Part shown: positions 20,160 to 32,343 of the stretch, piece by piece
Position numbering within the stretch: the first letter of the stretch is position 1
How the letters are laid out: the number at the start of each line of letters is the position of its first letter
DNA from: Frankiales bacterium
Lineage (GTDB): Bacteria; Actinomycetota; Actinomycetes; Mycobacteriales; SCTD01
Direction of reading: 5' to 3'
Length of the DNA: 64,000 nucleotides
Assembly: GCA_025965475.1 (NCBI GenBank)
Contig: JAOPWV010000165.1
Coordinates: 6,307 to 70,306 of the forward strand
The notes under the pieces: generated by a model
What the model was told of the DNA's origin: nothing
The model's database searches: none
The model's input: the letters and a program-made list of their open reading frames with translations, nothing else
Translations under genes and position numbers: made by a program

Positions 20160-22709
20160 GTGAGAGCCCTACGCCGTTTCACCGTCCGCCTCGCCCTTCC
20201 CGAGCCGCTGGCGCCGCTCGGCGAGCTGGTGATGAACCTGCGCTGGTCGTGGCACCACCCCTCGCTGGACCTGTTCGCGTCGGTGGATCCGGAGGCGTGG
20301 GAGGCCGTCGACAAGGACCCGGTCCGGCTCCTCGGCGAGGTGAGCCCGGAGCGGCTCGCCGAGCTTGCCCAGGACCAGGATTTCCTGGCCCGGCTGCAGG
20401 CGGTGCACGACGACCTGAGCGAGTACCTCACGACGCCGCAGTGGTACCAGTCGCTCCCGGACGCGCCGTCCTCGATCGCCTACTTCTCCCCGGAGTTCGG
20501 CATCACCGAGGTGCTGCCGCAGTACTCCGGCGGCCTCGGCATCCTGGCCGGCGACCACCTCAAGACCGCCTCGGATCTCGGTGTGCCGATCGTCGGCGTG
20601 GGTCTGCTCTACCGGGCCGGCTACTTCAAGCAGTCGCTCAACGCCGAGGGGTGGCAGCAGGAGCGCTACCCACCCATCGACCCGCACGGCCTGCCGCTGA
20701 CGCTGCTCACCGACGCGTCCGGTGCCCCGCTGAAGATCGAGGTCGGGTTCCCCGAGGGGCGCACGCTGCACGCGCAGGTCTGGAAGGCGCAGGTCGGCCG
20801 GGTGCCGCTGCTGCTGCTCGACTCCGACGTGGAGGAGAACGCCCCGGCCGAGCGTGAGGTGACCGACCGGCTGTACGGCGGCGGGACCGACCACCGGCTG
20901 CACCAGGAGATGCTGCTGGGTATCGGCGGCGTGCGGGCGATCCGCGCCTACACGGCGCTCACCGGCGACCCGGACCCCGAGGTGTTCCACACCAACGAGG
21001 GGCACGCCGGTTTCCTCGGTCTGGAGCGGATCCGCGAGCTCGTCGACCAGGGCCTGTCGTACGACGAGGCGCGCGAAGCGGTGCGCGCCGGGACCGTCTT
21101 CACGACCCACACGCCGGTCCCCGCCGGCATCGACCGCTTCCCGAGGGACATGATCGCCCGGTACTTCGGCGGCGACAACGCGGTGCAGGGCGTGCCGGTC
21201 GAGCGGATCCTGGAACTCGGCGCCGAGGACGACCCGTCGATCTTCAACATGGCGCACATGGGGCTGCGGATGGCGCAGCGCCGCAACGGCGTCGCGAAGC
21301 TGCACGGCATCGTCAGCCGGGAGATGTTCAGCGACCTGTGGCGCGGGTTCGACCCGGCCGAGGTGCCGATCACGTCGATCACCAACGGCGTGCACGCCCC
21401 TACCTGGGTGAGCCGGGAGGTGTTCGAACTCGCCGAGCGCGAGATCGGGACCTCCCTGACGACCGCCGCCAACGGGTGGGAGGAGATCGAGAAGGTCGCC
21501 GACACCTCGATCTGGGAGACCCGCCGGGTCATGCGCGGCCGTCTCGTCGGCGAGGTGCGCCGGCGGCTGCGCGAGTCCTGGCTGCAGCGTGGCGCGACCG
21601 ACGCCGAGCTCGGCTGGGTCGACTCCGCCTTCGACCCGGACGTCCTCACGATCGGCTTCGCGCGGCGCGTCCCGTCGTACAAGCGCCTGACGCTGATGAT
21701 GCGCGACCCGCAGCGGCTCAAGGCCCTGCTGCTCGACCCGGACCGGCCGGTGCAGTTCGTCATCGCCGGCAAGGCCCACCCCGCCGACGACGGCGGCAAG
21801 GAGCTGGTCCAGCAGATCGTGCGGTTCGCCGACCAGCACGACGTGCGGCACCGGATCGTGTTCCTGCCGGACTACGACATCGGCATGGCGCGCTACCTCT
21901 ACGGGGGCTGCGACGTCTGGCTCAACAACCCGCTGCGGCCCCTGGAGGCGTGCGGGACGTCGGGGATGAAGAGCGCCCTGAACGGCGGCCTCAACCTGTC
22001 GATCCTCGACGGGTGGTGGGACGAGATGTACGACGGCGAGAACGGCTGGGCCATCCCGACGGCCGACGGGGTCGAGGACCCCGAGCGTCGCGACGACCTG
22101 GAGGCGACCGCCTTCTATGAGCTGGTCGAGAAGCAGGTGCGCACCCGCTTCTACGACCGGGACGACCGCGGGGTCCCGCAGCGCTGGGTGGACATGGTCC
22201 GGCACACGCTGCAGACCCTCGGCCCGAAGGTGCTCGCCAGCCGCATGGTCCGCGACTACGTGCGCGAGCTGTACACGCCGGCGGCCCAGGCCTCCCGTGA
22301 GCTCGCCGCCTCCTCGTACGCCCCGGCCCGCGAGGTCGCCCAGTGGCGCAGCGAGGTGCAGTCCAGGTGGAACGACGTCCGGGTCGTGCACGTCGAGGCA
22401 ACCGGAGCAGGCGACGCCCCGCACGTGGGCGCGACGCTCGAGGTGCGCGCCCAGGTCGACCTCGGCGGGCTCAGCCCGCAGGACGTCACGGTGCAGGCGG
22501 CGTACGGACGCGTGGACGAGAGCGACCAGCTCCTCGCGCCGACGTACGTGACCTTGACCTCGGGCGGCGTCGGCGAGGACGGGCTGCAGCGGTACGAGGG
22601 GGACGTCCCCCTCGAGCGGGCCGGCTCCTTCGGCTACACCGTCCGGGTGCTGCCGCACTCCGACCGGCTGCCGAGCGACGCCGACCTCGGGCTGATGGCG
22701 AGCGCCTGA
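20160..22709 (+). CDS. glgP: Alpha-glucan (glycogen/maltodextrin) phosphorylase, actinobacterial GlgP type
   Basis: N-terminus (V)RALRRFTVRLALPEPL...NLRWSWH is very close to what I recall of mycobacterial GlgP. GTSGMK-type PLP-lysine region (EACGTSGMKSALNG). 849 aa. Confidence 0.9.
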   Translation: MRALRRFTVRLALPEPLAPLGELVMNLRWSWHHPSLDLFASVDPEAWEAVDKDPVRLLGEVSPERLAELAQDQDFLARLQAVHDDLSEYLTTPQWYQSLPDAPSSIAYFSPEFGITEVLPQYSGGLGILAGDHLKTASDLGVPIVGVGLLYRAGYFKQSLNAEGWQQERYPPIDPHGLPLTLLTDASGAPLKIEVGFPEGRTLHAQVWKAQVGRVPLLLLDSDVEENAPAEREVTDRLYGGGTDHRLHQEMLLGIGGVRAIRAYTALTGDPDPEVFHTNEGHAGFLGLERIRELVDQGLSYDEAREAVRAGTVFTTHTPVPAGIDRFPRDMIARYFGGDNAVQGVPVERILELGAEDDPSIFNMAHMGLRMAQRRNGVAKLHGIVSREMFSDLWRGFDPAEVPITSITNGVHAPTWVSREVFELAEREIGTSLTTAANGWEEIEKVADTSIWETRRVMRGRLVGEVRRRLRESWLQRGATDAELGWVDSAFDPDVLTIGFARRVPSYKRLTLMMRDPQRLKALLLDPDRPVQFVIAGKAHPADDGGKELVQQIVRFADQHDVRHRIVFLPDYDIGMARYLYGGCDVWLNNPLRPLEACGTSGMKSALNGGLNLSILDGWWDEMYDGENGWAIPTADGVEDPERRDDLEATAFYELVEKQVRTRFYDRDDRGVPQRWVDMVRHTLQTLGPKVLASRMVRDYVRELYTPAAQASRELAASSYAPAREVAQWRSEVQSRWNDVRVVHVEATGAGDAPHVGATLEVRAQVDLGGLSPQDVTVQAAYGRVDESDQLLAPTYVTLTSGGVGEDGLQRYEGDVPLERAGSFGYTVRVLPHSDRLPSDADLGLMASA

Positions 22710-22722
22710 CCGGGCGCCCGCG

Positions 22723-24852
<2,130 letters not shown>

Positions 24853-24895
24853 CCGTCCATTCTGCCTGCGGGACTGCGGAGCGTCCGGTGCGCTG

Positions 24896-25555
24896 CTACA
24901 CAGCGTGACCGGGGCCCGAGAGGGCGTGCAGCGTCGCGTGCCGGTCCGCAAGGGACTCGTGATCGTGCGGTGCGGCCGGATCGCCGTGCCGCAGAACCAG
25001 GTGGCCGAGCAACTTCTCGTGGTCGTCGAGCAGGTCCACCCACTCGCCGACGAGGTCGGCCGCCGCGACGAGTGCCTCCAGGCGCGTGCGCAGGGGCAGC
25101 AGGAGCAGTTCGCGCTCGAGCACCGCGACGAGCTCCTCCGGGAGCAGGACGCGCGGGTCCTCCTCGTCCTCGGCGTCGAGCAGCGGGTCGCCCGGGAGAA
25201 GGCCGGTCAGCTCGGAGAGGCCGTCGTCGTCGAGGTCGCCCAGGACGAGCGGCTCGTCGTCGTCCTCCTCCTCGTCGTACTGGGCCTCCACGTCGTCGAG
25301 CGACATGCCGGCCTCGGCGGCCCAGCGGGCCTCCTCGGCCAGGTCCACCTCGTCGGGCAGCCCGGCGAAGAAGGCGTCCTGCCAGCGCTCGATCAGCTCC
25401 CTCGCGGCGTCGCAGCGCTCGAGGACCCCGCCCAGGTCGCCCTCGACGGGACGCAGCAGGGCCTCCCGCAGCGCCACGGCGGCAGCCGACGGCAGGTCCT
25501 GGAGCGGGTCGGCGGAGGAGACGGTGTGGACGACGCCACGTGAGTCACGGAACAC
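24896..25555 (-). CDS. Highly acidic hypothetical protein (219 aa)
   Basis: Long ORF with Asp/Glu runs (QYDEEEDDDEPLVLGDLDDDGLSEL). Amino-acid composition looks coding, unlike the Arg/Pro-rich alternative frames. GTG start. No family recognised. Confidence 0.55.
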   Translation of the reverse strand: MFRDSRGVVHTVSSADPLQDLPSAAAVALREALLRPVEGDLGGVLERCDAARELIERWQDAFFAGLPDEVDLAEEARWAAEAGMSLDDVEAQYDEEEDDDEPLVLGDLDDDGLSELTGLLPGDPLLDAEDEEDPRVLLPEELVAVLERELLLLPLRTRLEALVAAADLVGEWVDLLDDHEKLLGHLVLRHGDPAAPHDHESLADRHATLHALSGPGHAV

Positions 25556-25613
25556 CTGCCGAGACTAGGGTGCCGGACAGGCAGCGGCATCCGACGGTGG
25601 TCAGGAGAGACGC

Positions 25614-26393
25614 GTGGGCGAGTTCGTACGGTTCGAGGTCGAGGGCGCGGTGGGCACGATCCGGCTGGATCGGCCGAAGATGAACGCCCTCGACGCGCAG
25701 ATGCAGGAGGAGATCCGGGCCTGCGCGCTGGAGGCCTCCGCACGCACCGACGTACGCGCCGTGGTGCTGTACGGCGGGGAGCGGGTGTTCGCGGCCGGGG
25801 CGGACATCAAGGAGATGAAGGACATGTCCTACGTGGACATGCTCACCCGGGCCGGCGCCCTGCAGGACTGCTTCGCCACCGTCGCCCGCATCCCCAAGCC
25901 CGTGATCGCCGCCATCACCGGCTTCGCGCTCGGCGGGGGGTGCGAGTTGTCGATGTGCGCCGACTTCCGGGTCGTGGCCGACAACGCGAAGCTCGGCCAG
26001 CCGGAGATCCTGCTCGGCATCATCCCGGGCGCCGGTGGCACCCAGCGGCTGACCCGGCTCGTCGGCCGGTCCAAGGCCAAGGACCTCATCTACAGCGGCC
26101 GGTTCGTCGGCGCCGCTGAGGCGCTCGCGATCGGCCTCGCGGACGTCGTCGTGCCGGCGGAGCAGGTCTATCCCACGGCCGTCGAGATGGCGTCCGCGTA
26201 CGCCGAGGGCCCGGCGGTCGCCCTGGCGATGGCCAAGAAGGCCATCGACGAGGGGAGCGAGATGGACCTCGACGCCGGCCTGCGGCTGGAGTCGACGCTG
26301 TTCGCCGGCCTCTTCGCGACCGAGGACCGCGCGCTGGGCATGGCGTCGTTCGTCGAGAACGGACCCGGCAAGGCCCGCTTCGTCGGGCGCTGA
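25614..26393 (+). CDS. Enoyl-CoA hydratase/isomerase (crotonase) family protein
   Basis: RPKMNALD...FAAGADIKEM...PVIAAITGFALGGGCELSMCADFRV is the canonical crotonase fold signature. SD AGGAGA upstream of the GTG. Confidence 0.85.
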   Translation: MGEFVRFEVEGAVGTIRLDRPKMNALDAQMQEEIRACALEASARTDVRAVVLYGGERVFAAGADIKEMKDMSYVDMLTRAGALQDCFATVARIPKPVIAAITGFALGGGCELSMCADFRVVADNAKLGQPEILLGIIPGAGGTQRLTRLVGRSKAKDLIYSGRFVGAAEALAIGLADVVVPAEQVYPTAVEMASAYAEGPAVALAMAKKAIDEGSEMDLDAGLRLESTLFAGLFATEDRALGMASFVENGPGKARFVGR

Positions 26394-26435
26394 ACCGCCC
26401 GGCAGGTGAGCTGGAGCACACGTGCTTGCTGCAGT

Positions 26436-26464
26436 TTGCGCGCTTGCTACTGACGGGTAACAAT
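26436..26464 (+). promoter_or_regulatory. Candidate sigma-70-type promoter for etfBA (TTGCGC-N17-AACAAT)
   Basis: Read directly in a locally AT-richer patch (gggtaacaatgtttg) about 125 nt upstream of etfB. The -35 is only half-matching. Confidence 0.3.
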
Positions 26465-26589
26465 GTTTGTGAGGGTGGTCGCAGGTCCGGGAGACGTGCC
26501 GGATAGCGTGACCGCACCCTCGAAACCGTGCGCGCGGGTCGGTCCACCGCGCCCGTCCAGTGTCAGCCAACGGAGGTCGGCGCCCGAGC

Positions 26590-27369
26590 ATGAACATCGT
26601 CGTACTGGTGAAGCAGGTCCCGGACACCTGGGCCGAGCGCAAGCTTGACGCGAACGACAAGACGCTCGACCGCGCGTCGGTCGACGTGGTCATGAACGAG
26701 ATCGACGAGTACGCCGTCGAGGAGGCCCTGCGGATCAAGGAGGCCTCCGGCGGCGAGGTCACGATCCTCACGATGGGCCCGGCCCGCGCGGTCGAGACGA
26801 TCCGCAAGGCGTTGTCGATGGGTGCCGACAAGGCGGTCCACCTCACCGACGACGCGCTCGCCGGCTCCGACGCCGTGCAGACGTCGTACGCGATCGGCAA
26901 GGTCCTCGACACCCTCGAGTACGACCTGGTGATCGCCGGGTCGGAGGCCACCGACTCGCGCATGTCGGTCATGGCCGCCCTGCTCGCCGAGCGCACCGGC
27001 AGGCCGCAGCTGTCCGGCGCCCGCAAGGTCACCGCCGAGGGCGGCACCGTCCGCATCGAGCGGCAGACCGACAACGGCTACGACGTCGTCGAGGCGCCGA
27101 CGCCGGCGATCATCTCGGTCGTCGAGAAGATCAACGAGCCGCGCTACCCGTCGTTCAAGGGGATCATGGCGGCCAAGAGCAAGCCGCTGACGACCCTGAG
27201 CCTGGCGGACGCCGGCATCGAAGCCGGGCAGGTGGGCCTCGCGTCCGCGCCCAGCCAGGTCGTCGAGTTCGCGAACAAGCCGCCGCGTCAGGCGGGTCAG
27301 GTCGTCAAGGACGAGGGTGACGGCGGCGTGAAGATCGCCGAGTTCCTCGCATCGCAGAAGATCGTCTGA
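26590..27369 (+). CDS. etfB: Electron transfer flavoprotein beta subunit
   Basis: MNIVVLVKQVPDTWAERKLD... is the typical EtfB N-terminus. GGAGG SD upstream of ATG 26590. Confidence 0.9.
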   Translation: MNIVVLVKQVPDTWAERKLDANDKTLDRASVDVVMNEIDEYAVEEALRIKEASGGEVTILTMGPARAVETIRKALSMGADKAVHLTDDALAGSDAVQTSYAIGKVLDTLEYDLVIAGSEATDSRMSVMAALLAERTGRPQLSGARKVTAEGGTVRIERQTDNGYDVVEAPTPAIISVVEKINEPRYPSFKGIMAAKSKPLTTLSLADAGIEAGQVGLASAPSQVVEFANKPPRQAGQVVKDEGDGGVKIAEFLASQKIV

Positions 27370-27379
27370 GAGGCAGGAA

Positions 27380-28333
27380 ATGGCAGAGATCCTCGTCCTC
27401 GTCGACCACGTCGAGGGCACTCCGAAGAAGGTCTCCTACGAGCTGCTGACGCTCGCCCGCTCGCTGGGTGAGCCGTCCGCCGTCGTACTGGGGAAGGGCG
27501 CGTCCGCCGCGGCCGAGAAGGTCGGCGCGTACGGCGCCGAGAAGATCTACGTCAACGAGGCCCCGGAGATCGACGGCTTCCTCGTCGCTCCCAAGGCTGC
27601 CGTCCTGGCCCAGCTGGTCCAGGACAAGAGCCCCGCCGCGGTGCTCATCCCCAGCACCGGCGAGGGCAAGGAGATCGCGGCCCGGCTCGCGGTCAAGACG
27701 GGCAGCGGCCTGCTGACCGACGCCGTCGCCGTGACCCCCGAGCTCGTCGCCGAGCAGCAGATCTTCGGTGGCTCGGTCGCGGTGCAGTCGAAGGTGCAGA
27801 CCGGCACGCCGATCATCACCGTCCGGCCCAACAGCACCGCGCCCAGCGAGGCGGCCGGCGCCGGCACCGTGGAGCAGGTCACCGCGACCTTCTCCGACGC
27901 CGACAAGGCCGCGACCGTCGTGGACAGCGTCGTCGAGGCCGCGGGCGGACGCCCCGACCTCGGGGAGGCCTCGATCGTCGTCTCCGGTGGCCGCGGTGTC
28001 GGCAACGCGGAGAACTTCTCCATCGTCGAGGCGCTCGCCGACAGCCTCGGTGCGGCCGTCGGCGCCTCCCGCGCGGCCACCGACGCCGGCTGGTACCCGC
28101 ATCAGAACCAGGTCGGCCAGACCGGCCGCACGGTGTCGCCGCAGCTGTACGTCGCGGTCGGCATCTCCGGCGCGATCCAGCACCGGGCGGGCATGCAGAC
28201 CTCGAAGACCATCGTGGCCATCAACAAGGACCCGGAGGCCCCGATCTTCGAGCTGGCCGACTTCGGTCTCGTGGGCGACCTGTTCACCGTCGTCCCGCAG
28301 CTCACCGAGGAGATCGGCAAGCGCAAGGGCTGA
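27380..28333 (+). CDS. etfA: Electron transfer flavoprotein alpha subunit
   Basis: C-terminal FAD-binding region VSGGRGVG...[41 protein letters not shown] is the EtfA signature. Confidence 0.9.
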   Translation: MAEILVLVDHVEGTPKKVSYELLTLARSLGEPSAVVLGKGASAAAEKVGAYGAEKIYVNEAPEIDGFLVAPKAAVLAQLVQDKSPAAVLIPSTGEGKEIAARLAVKTGSGLLTDAVAVTPELVAEQQIFGGSVAVQSKVQTGTPIITVRPNSTAPSEAAGAGTVEQVTATFSDADKAATVVDSVVEAAGGRPDLGEASIVVSGGRGVGNAENFSIVEALADSLGAAVGASRAATDAGWYPHQNQVGQTGRTVSPQLYVAVGISGAIQHRAGMQTSKTIVAINKDPEAPIFELADFGLVGDLFTVVPQLTEEIGKRKG

Positions 28334-28363
28334 CCCGCCCCACCTGGGCCCCACCGCCGTACG

Positions 28364-28397
28364 ACGGCCCGGTACCCCGCTGCGGGGTGCCGGGCCG
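28364..28397 (+). terminator. Stem-loop after etfA (15-bp stem, GCTG loop), candidate intrinsic terminator without U-tract
   Basis: acggcccggtacccc-gctg-ggggtgccgggccgt, with one G.U pair. Lies 30 nt after the etfA stop. Confidence 0.5.
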
Positions 28398-28432
28398 TTC
28401 GCGTACCCGGCGGCTGCCTACACTCGCCGACC

Positions 28433-29863
28433 ATGGCCGCCTGGGACCGCCGTACGACGGCGCAGCTGCGCGCCCAGCGGGAGGCCGCGGTCCGGGCACA
28501 GGTGCTGCACGCGGTGGCGCCGTTCTCCCCGTACTGGCGGGACCGGCTGCAGGCCCTCGGCCGCAGCCCGGCGGCCGCAGCCTCGCTGGCCGGCCTCGCG
28601 CAGCTGCCTGCGGTCGGGGAGCGCGACGTCTGCCCGGACGGTGAGCCGGCGGGCGCGGCCGGGCTGGTGCTGCAGGTCGGCGAGTCCGGATTCGCGCTGC
28701 ACGCGGACGGGCCGGTGCTGCGCCGGGCCCTGGTCCGTCGGCTGCTCCGCCGGGACGCGTACCGCGTGATCGTCGAGACCGACACCCGGCCCACGTCGTA
28801 CGTCTGGGCCGGGCTCGGGCTGCGGTTCCCCGTCGCGAGCAGCCGGTCCGACCTCGACCTCATGGCCCGGGCCGGCGCCCGGCTGTGGCAGCTGCTCGGC
28901 CTCACCCGGGCGGACGTGGTCGTGAGCGCCCTGCCTGGCGGGGCGACCGCGTCGGCCCAGGCGCTTCAGCTCGGGGCCCTCGGCGCCGGCTCGCCGCTGC
29001 TGGCAGTCGGCGAGGACGTCGACGCGCTGGCCGCGTCCCTGCGGCTCATGCCGGCCACCGTGCTCGCGCTGCCGTCGGTGTCGGCGGCGGGCACGGTCGA
29101 GGAACTGGTCGTGGCGGCCGTCCCGCTGGCCGCGCTGCGGACCGTGTTGCTGGTCGGTGCGCCGTACGACGACGAGCGGGACGAGGTCGTCGAGGCGTTG
29201 CGGCGAGGCGGACTGGACGCGTGCGCCGTCCTCGCGGTGCACGTGCCCGAGGGGCACCGCCTGATGTGGGCCGAGTGCCGGGAGTCCGCGGGGCGGACCG
29301 GGCTGCACACCTACCCCGACCTCGAGGTCGTCGAGGTCGTGGACCCCGAGACCGGCGAGGCGCCGCTGGCGGCCGACGGCTCGCGCGAGGTGGTCGTCAC
29401 GCAGCTCGGGTTCCGGGGGAGCGCGCTGCTGCGCTGGCGCACCGGTGACGTCGTGGACGGCGTGGAGGACGGGCCCTGCCCGTCGTGCGGGCGGACGGTC
29501 CCGCGGGTCACCGGCCTGCGGGCGGGGGCGCTCGTGCCGCTGCTGGACCTGCGCACGGGCACCCGGTCGCTGGACGCCCGGGGGGTGGCGGCGGCCCTCG
29601 TCGGCCGGCCGGACGTCGCGGACTGGCGGGTCGTGATCGCCCCCAGCGGGCGCGACGACGCGGACGAGGTGGTCGTGCACGTCGTCCCCGCGGACGGCGC
29701 CGACCCCGCCGAGGTGGCGGTCGCGACGGCCGCTGACATCCGGCGCGCGACCGGCGTCCTGCCCACGCAGGTGGTCGTGGCCGGCGCGGGGGAGCTGCCT
29801 GCAGACGGCGCACAGCTCACCCATCGGGTGCTCGCCAGACGCGAACCGGTGTGCGGCGTCTAG
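28433..29863 (+). CDS. PaaK/F390-synthetase-like adenylate-forming family protein with degenerate nucleotide-binding motif
   Basis: C-terminal half matches the PaaK family pattern ([22 protein letters not shown], then [11 protein letters not shown]). Where the family has SSGTTGKPT, this protein has ETDTRPTSY. Confidence 0.6.
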   Translation: MAAWDRRTTAQLRAQREAAVRAQVLHAVAPFSPYWRDRLQALGRSPAAAASLAGLAQLPAVGERDVCPDGEPAGAAGLVLQVGESGFALHADGPVLRRALVRRLLRRDAYRVIVETDTRPTSYVWAGLGLRFPVASSRSDLDLMARAGARLWQLLGLTRADVVVSALPGGATASAQALQLGALGAGSPLLAVGEDVDALAASLRLMPATVLALPSVSAAGTVEELVVAAVPLAALRTVLLVGAPYDDERDEVVEALRRGGLDACAVLAVHVPEGHRLMWAECRESAGRTGLHTYPDLEVVEVVDPETGEAPLAADGSREVVVTQLGFRGSALLRWRTGDVVDGVEDGPCPSCGRTVPRVTGLRAGALVPLLDLRTGTRSLDARGVAAALVGRPDVADWRVVIAPSGRDDADEVVVHVVPADGADPAEVAVATAADIRRATGVLPTQVVVAGAGELPADGAQLTHRVLARREPVCGV

Positions 29864-29872
29864 GCTCGGAGC

Positions 29873-31033
29873 GTGGCCTACCTCGACCATGCGGCCTCGA
29901 CGCCCATGCTTCCGGAGGCCGTCGCCGCGGTGACCGCCGCGATGGCGTCCACCGGGAATCCGTCGTCGCTGCACGCCGCGGGCCGTCGTGCCCGCCGGGT
30001 CGTCGAGGAGTCCCGCGAGGCGCTGGCCCAGTCCCTCGGTGCCCGCCCGTCCGAGATCATCCTCACCGGCGGCGGTACCGAGAGCGACAACCTCGCGGTC
30101 AAGGGGATGTTCTTCGCGCGCCGGGCCGCCGACCCGCGCCGTACCCGGATCCTGGCCAGTGCCGTCGAGCACCACGCCGTCCTCGACGCGGTGGAGTGGC
30201 TGGTGGCCCACGAGGGCGCCCGGGTCACCTGGCTGCCGGTCGACCATCTCGGCCGGGTGCACCCGCATGTCCTCGCCGAGGCGCTGGCCGACGACGTGGC
30301 CCTGGTCTCGGTCATGTGGGTCAACAACGAGGTCGGCACCGTCCAGCCGATCAGCGCCCTCGCGGAGCTCGCCCACGAGCACGGCGTCCCCCTGCACACC
30401 GACGCGGTGCAGGCGGTCGGCCAACTGCCGCTCGACTTCGCCGCGTCGGGGGCCGACGCCATGACGGTGACCGGGCACAAGTTCGGTGGTCCGCTCGGTG
30501 CCGGTGCCCTGCTGCTGGGGCGCGACGTCACCTGCACGCCGTTGCTGCACGGGGGTGGCCAGGAACGCGACGTGCGCTCCGGCACCGTCGATGTGCCGGG
30601 CGTCGCCGGGCTGGCGGTCGCGGCCGCGGTCGCCGTGGAACGCCAGCCGGAGACCGCCCGCCGGGTGGGCGAACTGCGCGACCGGCTCGTCGCCGGCGTC
30701 CGCGCGGCCGTTCCCGAGGCGGTCCTCAACGGCGAGCCCGGCCCCGGCCGACTGCCCGGCAACGCGCACTTCTCCTTCCCGGGCTGCGAGGGCGACTCGC
30801 TGCTCCTGCTGCTCGACGCCCGCGGCGTGGAGGTCTCGACCGGCTCGGCCTGCTCGGCCGGGGTCGCCCGCCCCTCGCACGTGCTCGTCGCGATGGGCGC
30901 CGACGAGGAACGCGCCCGCGGCTCGCTGCGCTTCTCCCTCGGGCACACGTCCACCGGGGCCGACGTCGACGCGCTCCTCGACGCGCTGCCCGGGGTCGTG
31001 GAGCGGGCCCGCCGGGCGGGGCTGCCGCGGTGA
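29873..31033 (+). CDS. iscS: Cysteine desulfurase (NifS/IscS class)
   Basis: [21 protein letters not shown]-lysine region [17 protein letters not shown], and SACSAG with the active-site Cys. Confidence 0.9.
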   Translation: MAYLDHAASTPMLPEAVAAVTAAMASTGNPSSLHAAGRRARRVVEESREALAQSLGARPSEIILTGGGTESDNLAVKGMFFARRAADPRRTRILASAVEHHAVLDAVEWLVAHEGARVTWLPVDHLGRVHPHVLAEALADDVALVSVMWVNNEVGTVQPISALAELAHEHGVPLHTDAVQAVGQLPLDFAASGADAMTVTGHKFGGPLGAGALLLGRDVTCTPLLHGGGQERDVRSGTVDVPGVAGLAVAAAVAVERQPETARRVGELRDRLVAGVRAAVPEAVLNGEPGPGRLPGNAHFSFPGCEGDSLLLLLDARGVEVSTGSACSAGVARPSHVLVAMGADEERARGSLRFSLGHTSTGADVDALLDALPGVVERARRAGLPR

Positions 31034-32106
31034 GGGTCCTCGCCGCCATGTCGGGCGGCGTGGACTCGGCGGTCGCCGCTGCGCTCGCGGTCGACGCGGG
31101 ACACGACGTCACCGGCGTCCACCTTGCGCTGTCCGAGGCGCCTGCCGAGCTGCGCACCGGCTCGCGTGGCTGCTGCTCGCGCGAGGACGCCCGCGACGCG
31201 GCGCGCGCCGCCGACGTCCTCGGGATCCCCTTCTACGTCTGGGACCTGGCCGCCCGCTTCCGCGAGGACGTGGTCGACGACTTCGTGGCGGAGTACGCCG
31301 CGGGCCGTACCCCGAACCCGTGCCTGCGATGCAACGAGAAGATCAAGTTCGCCGCGGTGCTCGACCGTGCGCTGGCGCTCGGCTTCGACGCCGTCGTGAC
31401 CGGCCACCATGCGCGGCTGGAGGACGGCGTGCTGCGGCGCAGCGCCGACCTCGCGAAGGACCAGTCCTACGTTCTCGCCGTGCTGACCCCCGCCCAGCTG
31501 GCCGGCGCGGTCTTCCCGCTGGGGGAGATGACCAAGGTCGCCGTCCGCGCCGAGGCTGCCCGGCGCGGCCTCGGCGTCGCCGACAAGCCCGACTCGCACG
31601 ACATCTGCTTCATCGCCGACGGTGACACGGCCGGGTTCCTGCGCTCCCGCCTCGGCGACCAGCCCGGCCCCGTGATCGACGCGCTCACCGGCGCGGTCGT
31701 GGGGGAGCACAGCGGGACGTACGGCTACACGGTCGGACAACGCCGTGGCCTGGCGCTCACGGTGCCGGCACCGGACGGCCGGCCGCGCTACGTGCTGTCC
31801 CTCTCGCCGGTCGACCGCAGCGTCACGGTCGGCCCTGTGGAGGCGCTCGACGTCTCGACGGTGTACGCCGACCGCCCGCTGTGGACCGCGGGCGAGCGGG
31901 CCCTGCCGCTGACCTGCGACGTGCAGCTGCGGGCGCACGGGATGGTCCATCGCTGCACGGTCGAGGAGGATGCCGCGGCGGACGGTGCCGTCCGGTGGCG
32001 GCTCGCCCTCGACACGCCTGCCCGCGGGGTCGCGGCCGGCCAGGCCGCCGTGCTGTACGACGGCGACACGGTCCTCGCCAGCGCCACCGTGTCCGTCACC
32101 GCTTGA
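31030..32106 (+). CDS. mnmA: tRNA 2-thiouridine(34) synthase MnmA
   Basis: PP-loop [25 protein letters not shown] and KDQSYVL. GTG at 31030 overlaps the iscS stop (GTGA). Confidence 0.9.
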   Translation: MRVLAAMSGGVDSAVAAALAVDAGHDVTGVHLALSEAPAELRTGSRGCCSREDARDAARAADVLGIPFYVWDLAARFREDVVDDFVAEYAAGRTPNPCLRCNEKIKFAAVLDRALALGFDAVVTGHHARLEDGVLRRSADLAKDQSYVLAVLTPAQLAGAVFPLGEMTKVAVRAEAARRGLGVADKPDSHDICFIADGDTAGFLRSRLGDQPGPVIDALTGAVVGEHSGTYGYTVGQRRGLALTVPAPDGRPRYVLSLSPVDRSVTVGPVEALDVSTVYADRPLWTAGERALPLTCDVQLRAHGMVHRCTVEEDAAADGAVRWRLALDTPARGVAAGQAAVLYDGDTVLASATVSVTA

Positions 32107-32136
32107 GCCTGACCTCCTGACCGCTAGGGTCAGGCC

Positions 32137-32343
32137 ATGGCCGCCGACGACCCCGTGCAGCTCACCGACCTGCAGGTGATCCAGCGGTACAGCCTCGCGG
32201 TCCGGCAGGCGGCGGCACCCCGGGCGGACCTCGTCGCGACCCTGCGGGCCGACCTGGCCTGGCTGACCGCTGGGACGGAGCCGGCGCCCGTCAAGAAGGC
32301 TGCCCGGAAGGCGCCCGCCAAGAGCGGCGCGCGCGGGGCGTGA
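32137..32343 (+). CDS. Small hypothetical protein (68 aa) with Lys/Ala-rich basic tail
   Basis: ATG-initiated ORF. Its stop overlaps the GTG start of the next gene (GTGA). Tail is PAPVKKAARKAPAKSGARGA. Confidence 0.4.
   Translation: MAADDPVQLTDLQVIQRYSLAVRQAAAPRADLVATLRADLAWLTAGTEPAPVKKAARKAPAKSGARGA

Noticed and set aside
22016-22024. Additional copies of the GTGGGACGA box inside coding sequence (here in glgP, and ggtgggacgacc at 51891-51902 in the hydrolase gene upstream of leuA)
   Set aside because: Both are in-frame Trp-Asp-(Glu/Asp) codons of conserved proteins and are unpaired. I regard them as background occurrences, and I list them because they temper the significance of the intergenic boxes.
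28418-30946. 842-aa minus-strand ORF opposite the PaaK-like and iscS genes (similar cases: 22885-25683, 25545-27074, 36236-38200, 38109-40814, 41394-43454, 51266-53968, 54271-56238)
   Set aside because: All lie antisense to genes with strong family motifs and have a low-complexity Arg/Gly/Pro/Asp composition. I treated them as artefacts of GC-rich codon usage, not as overlapping genes.
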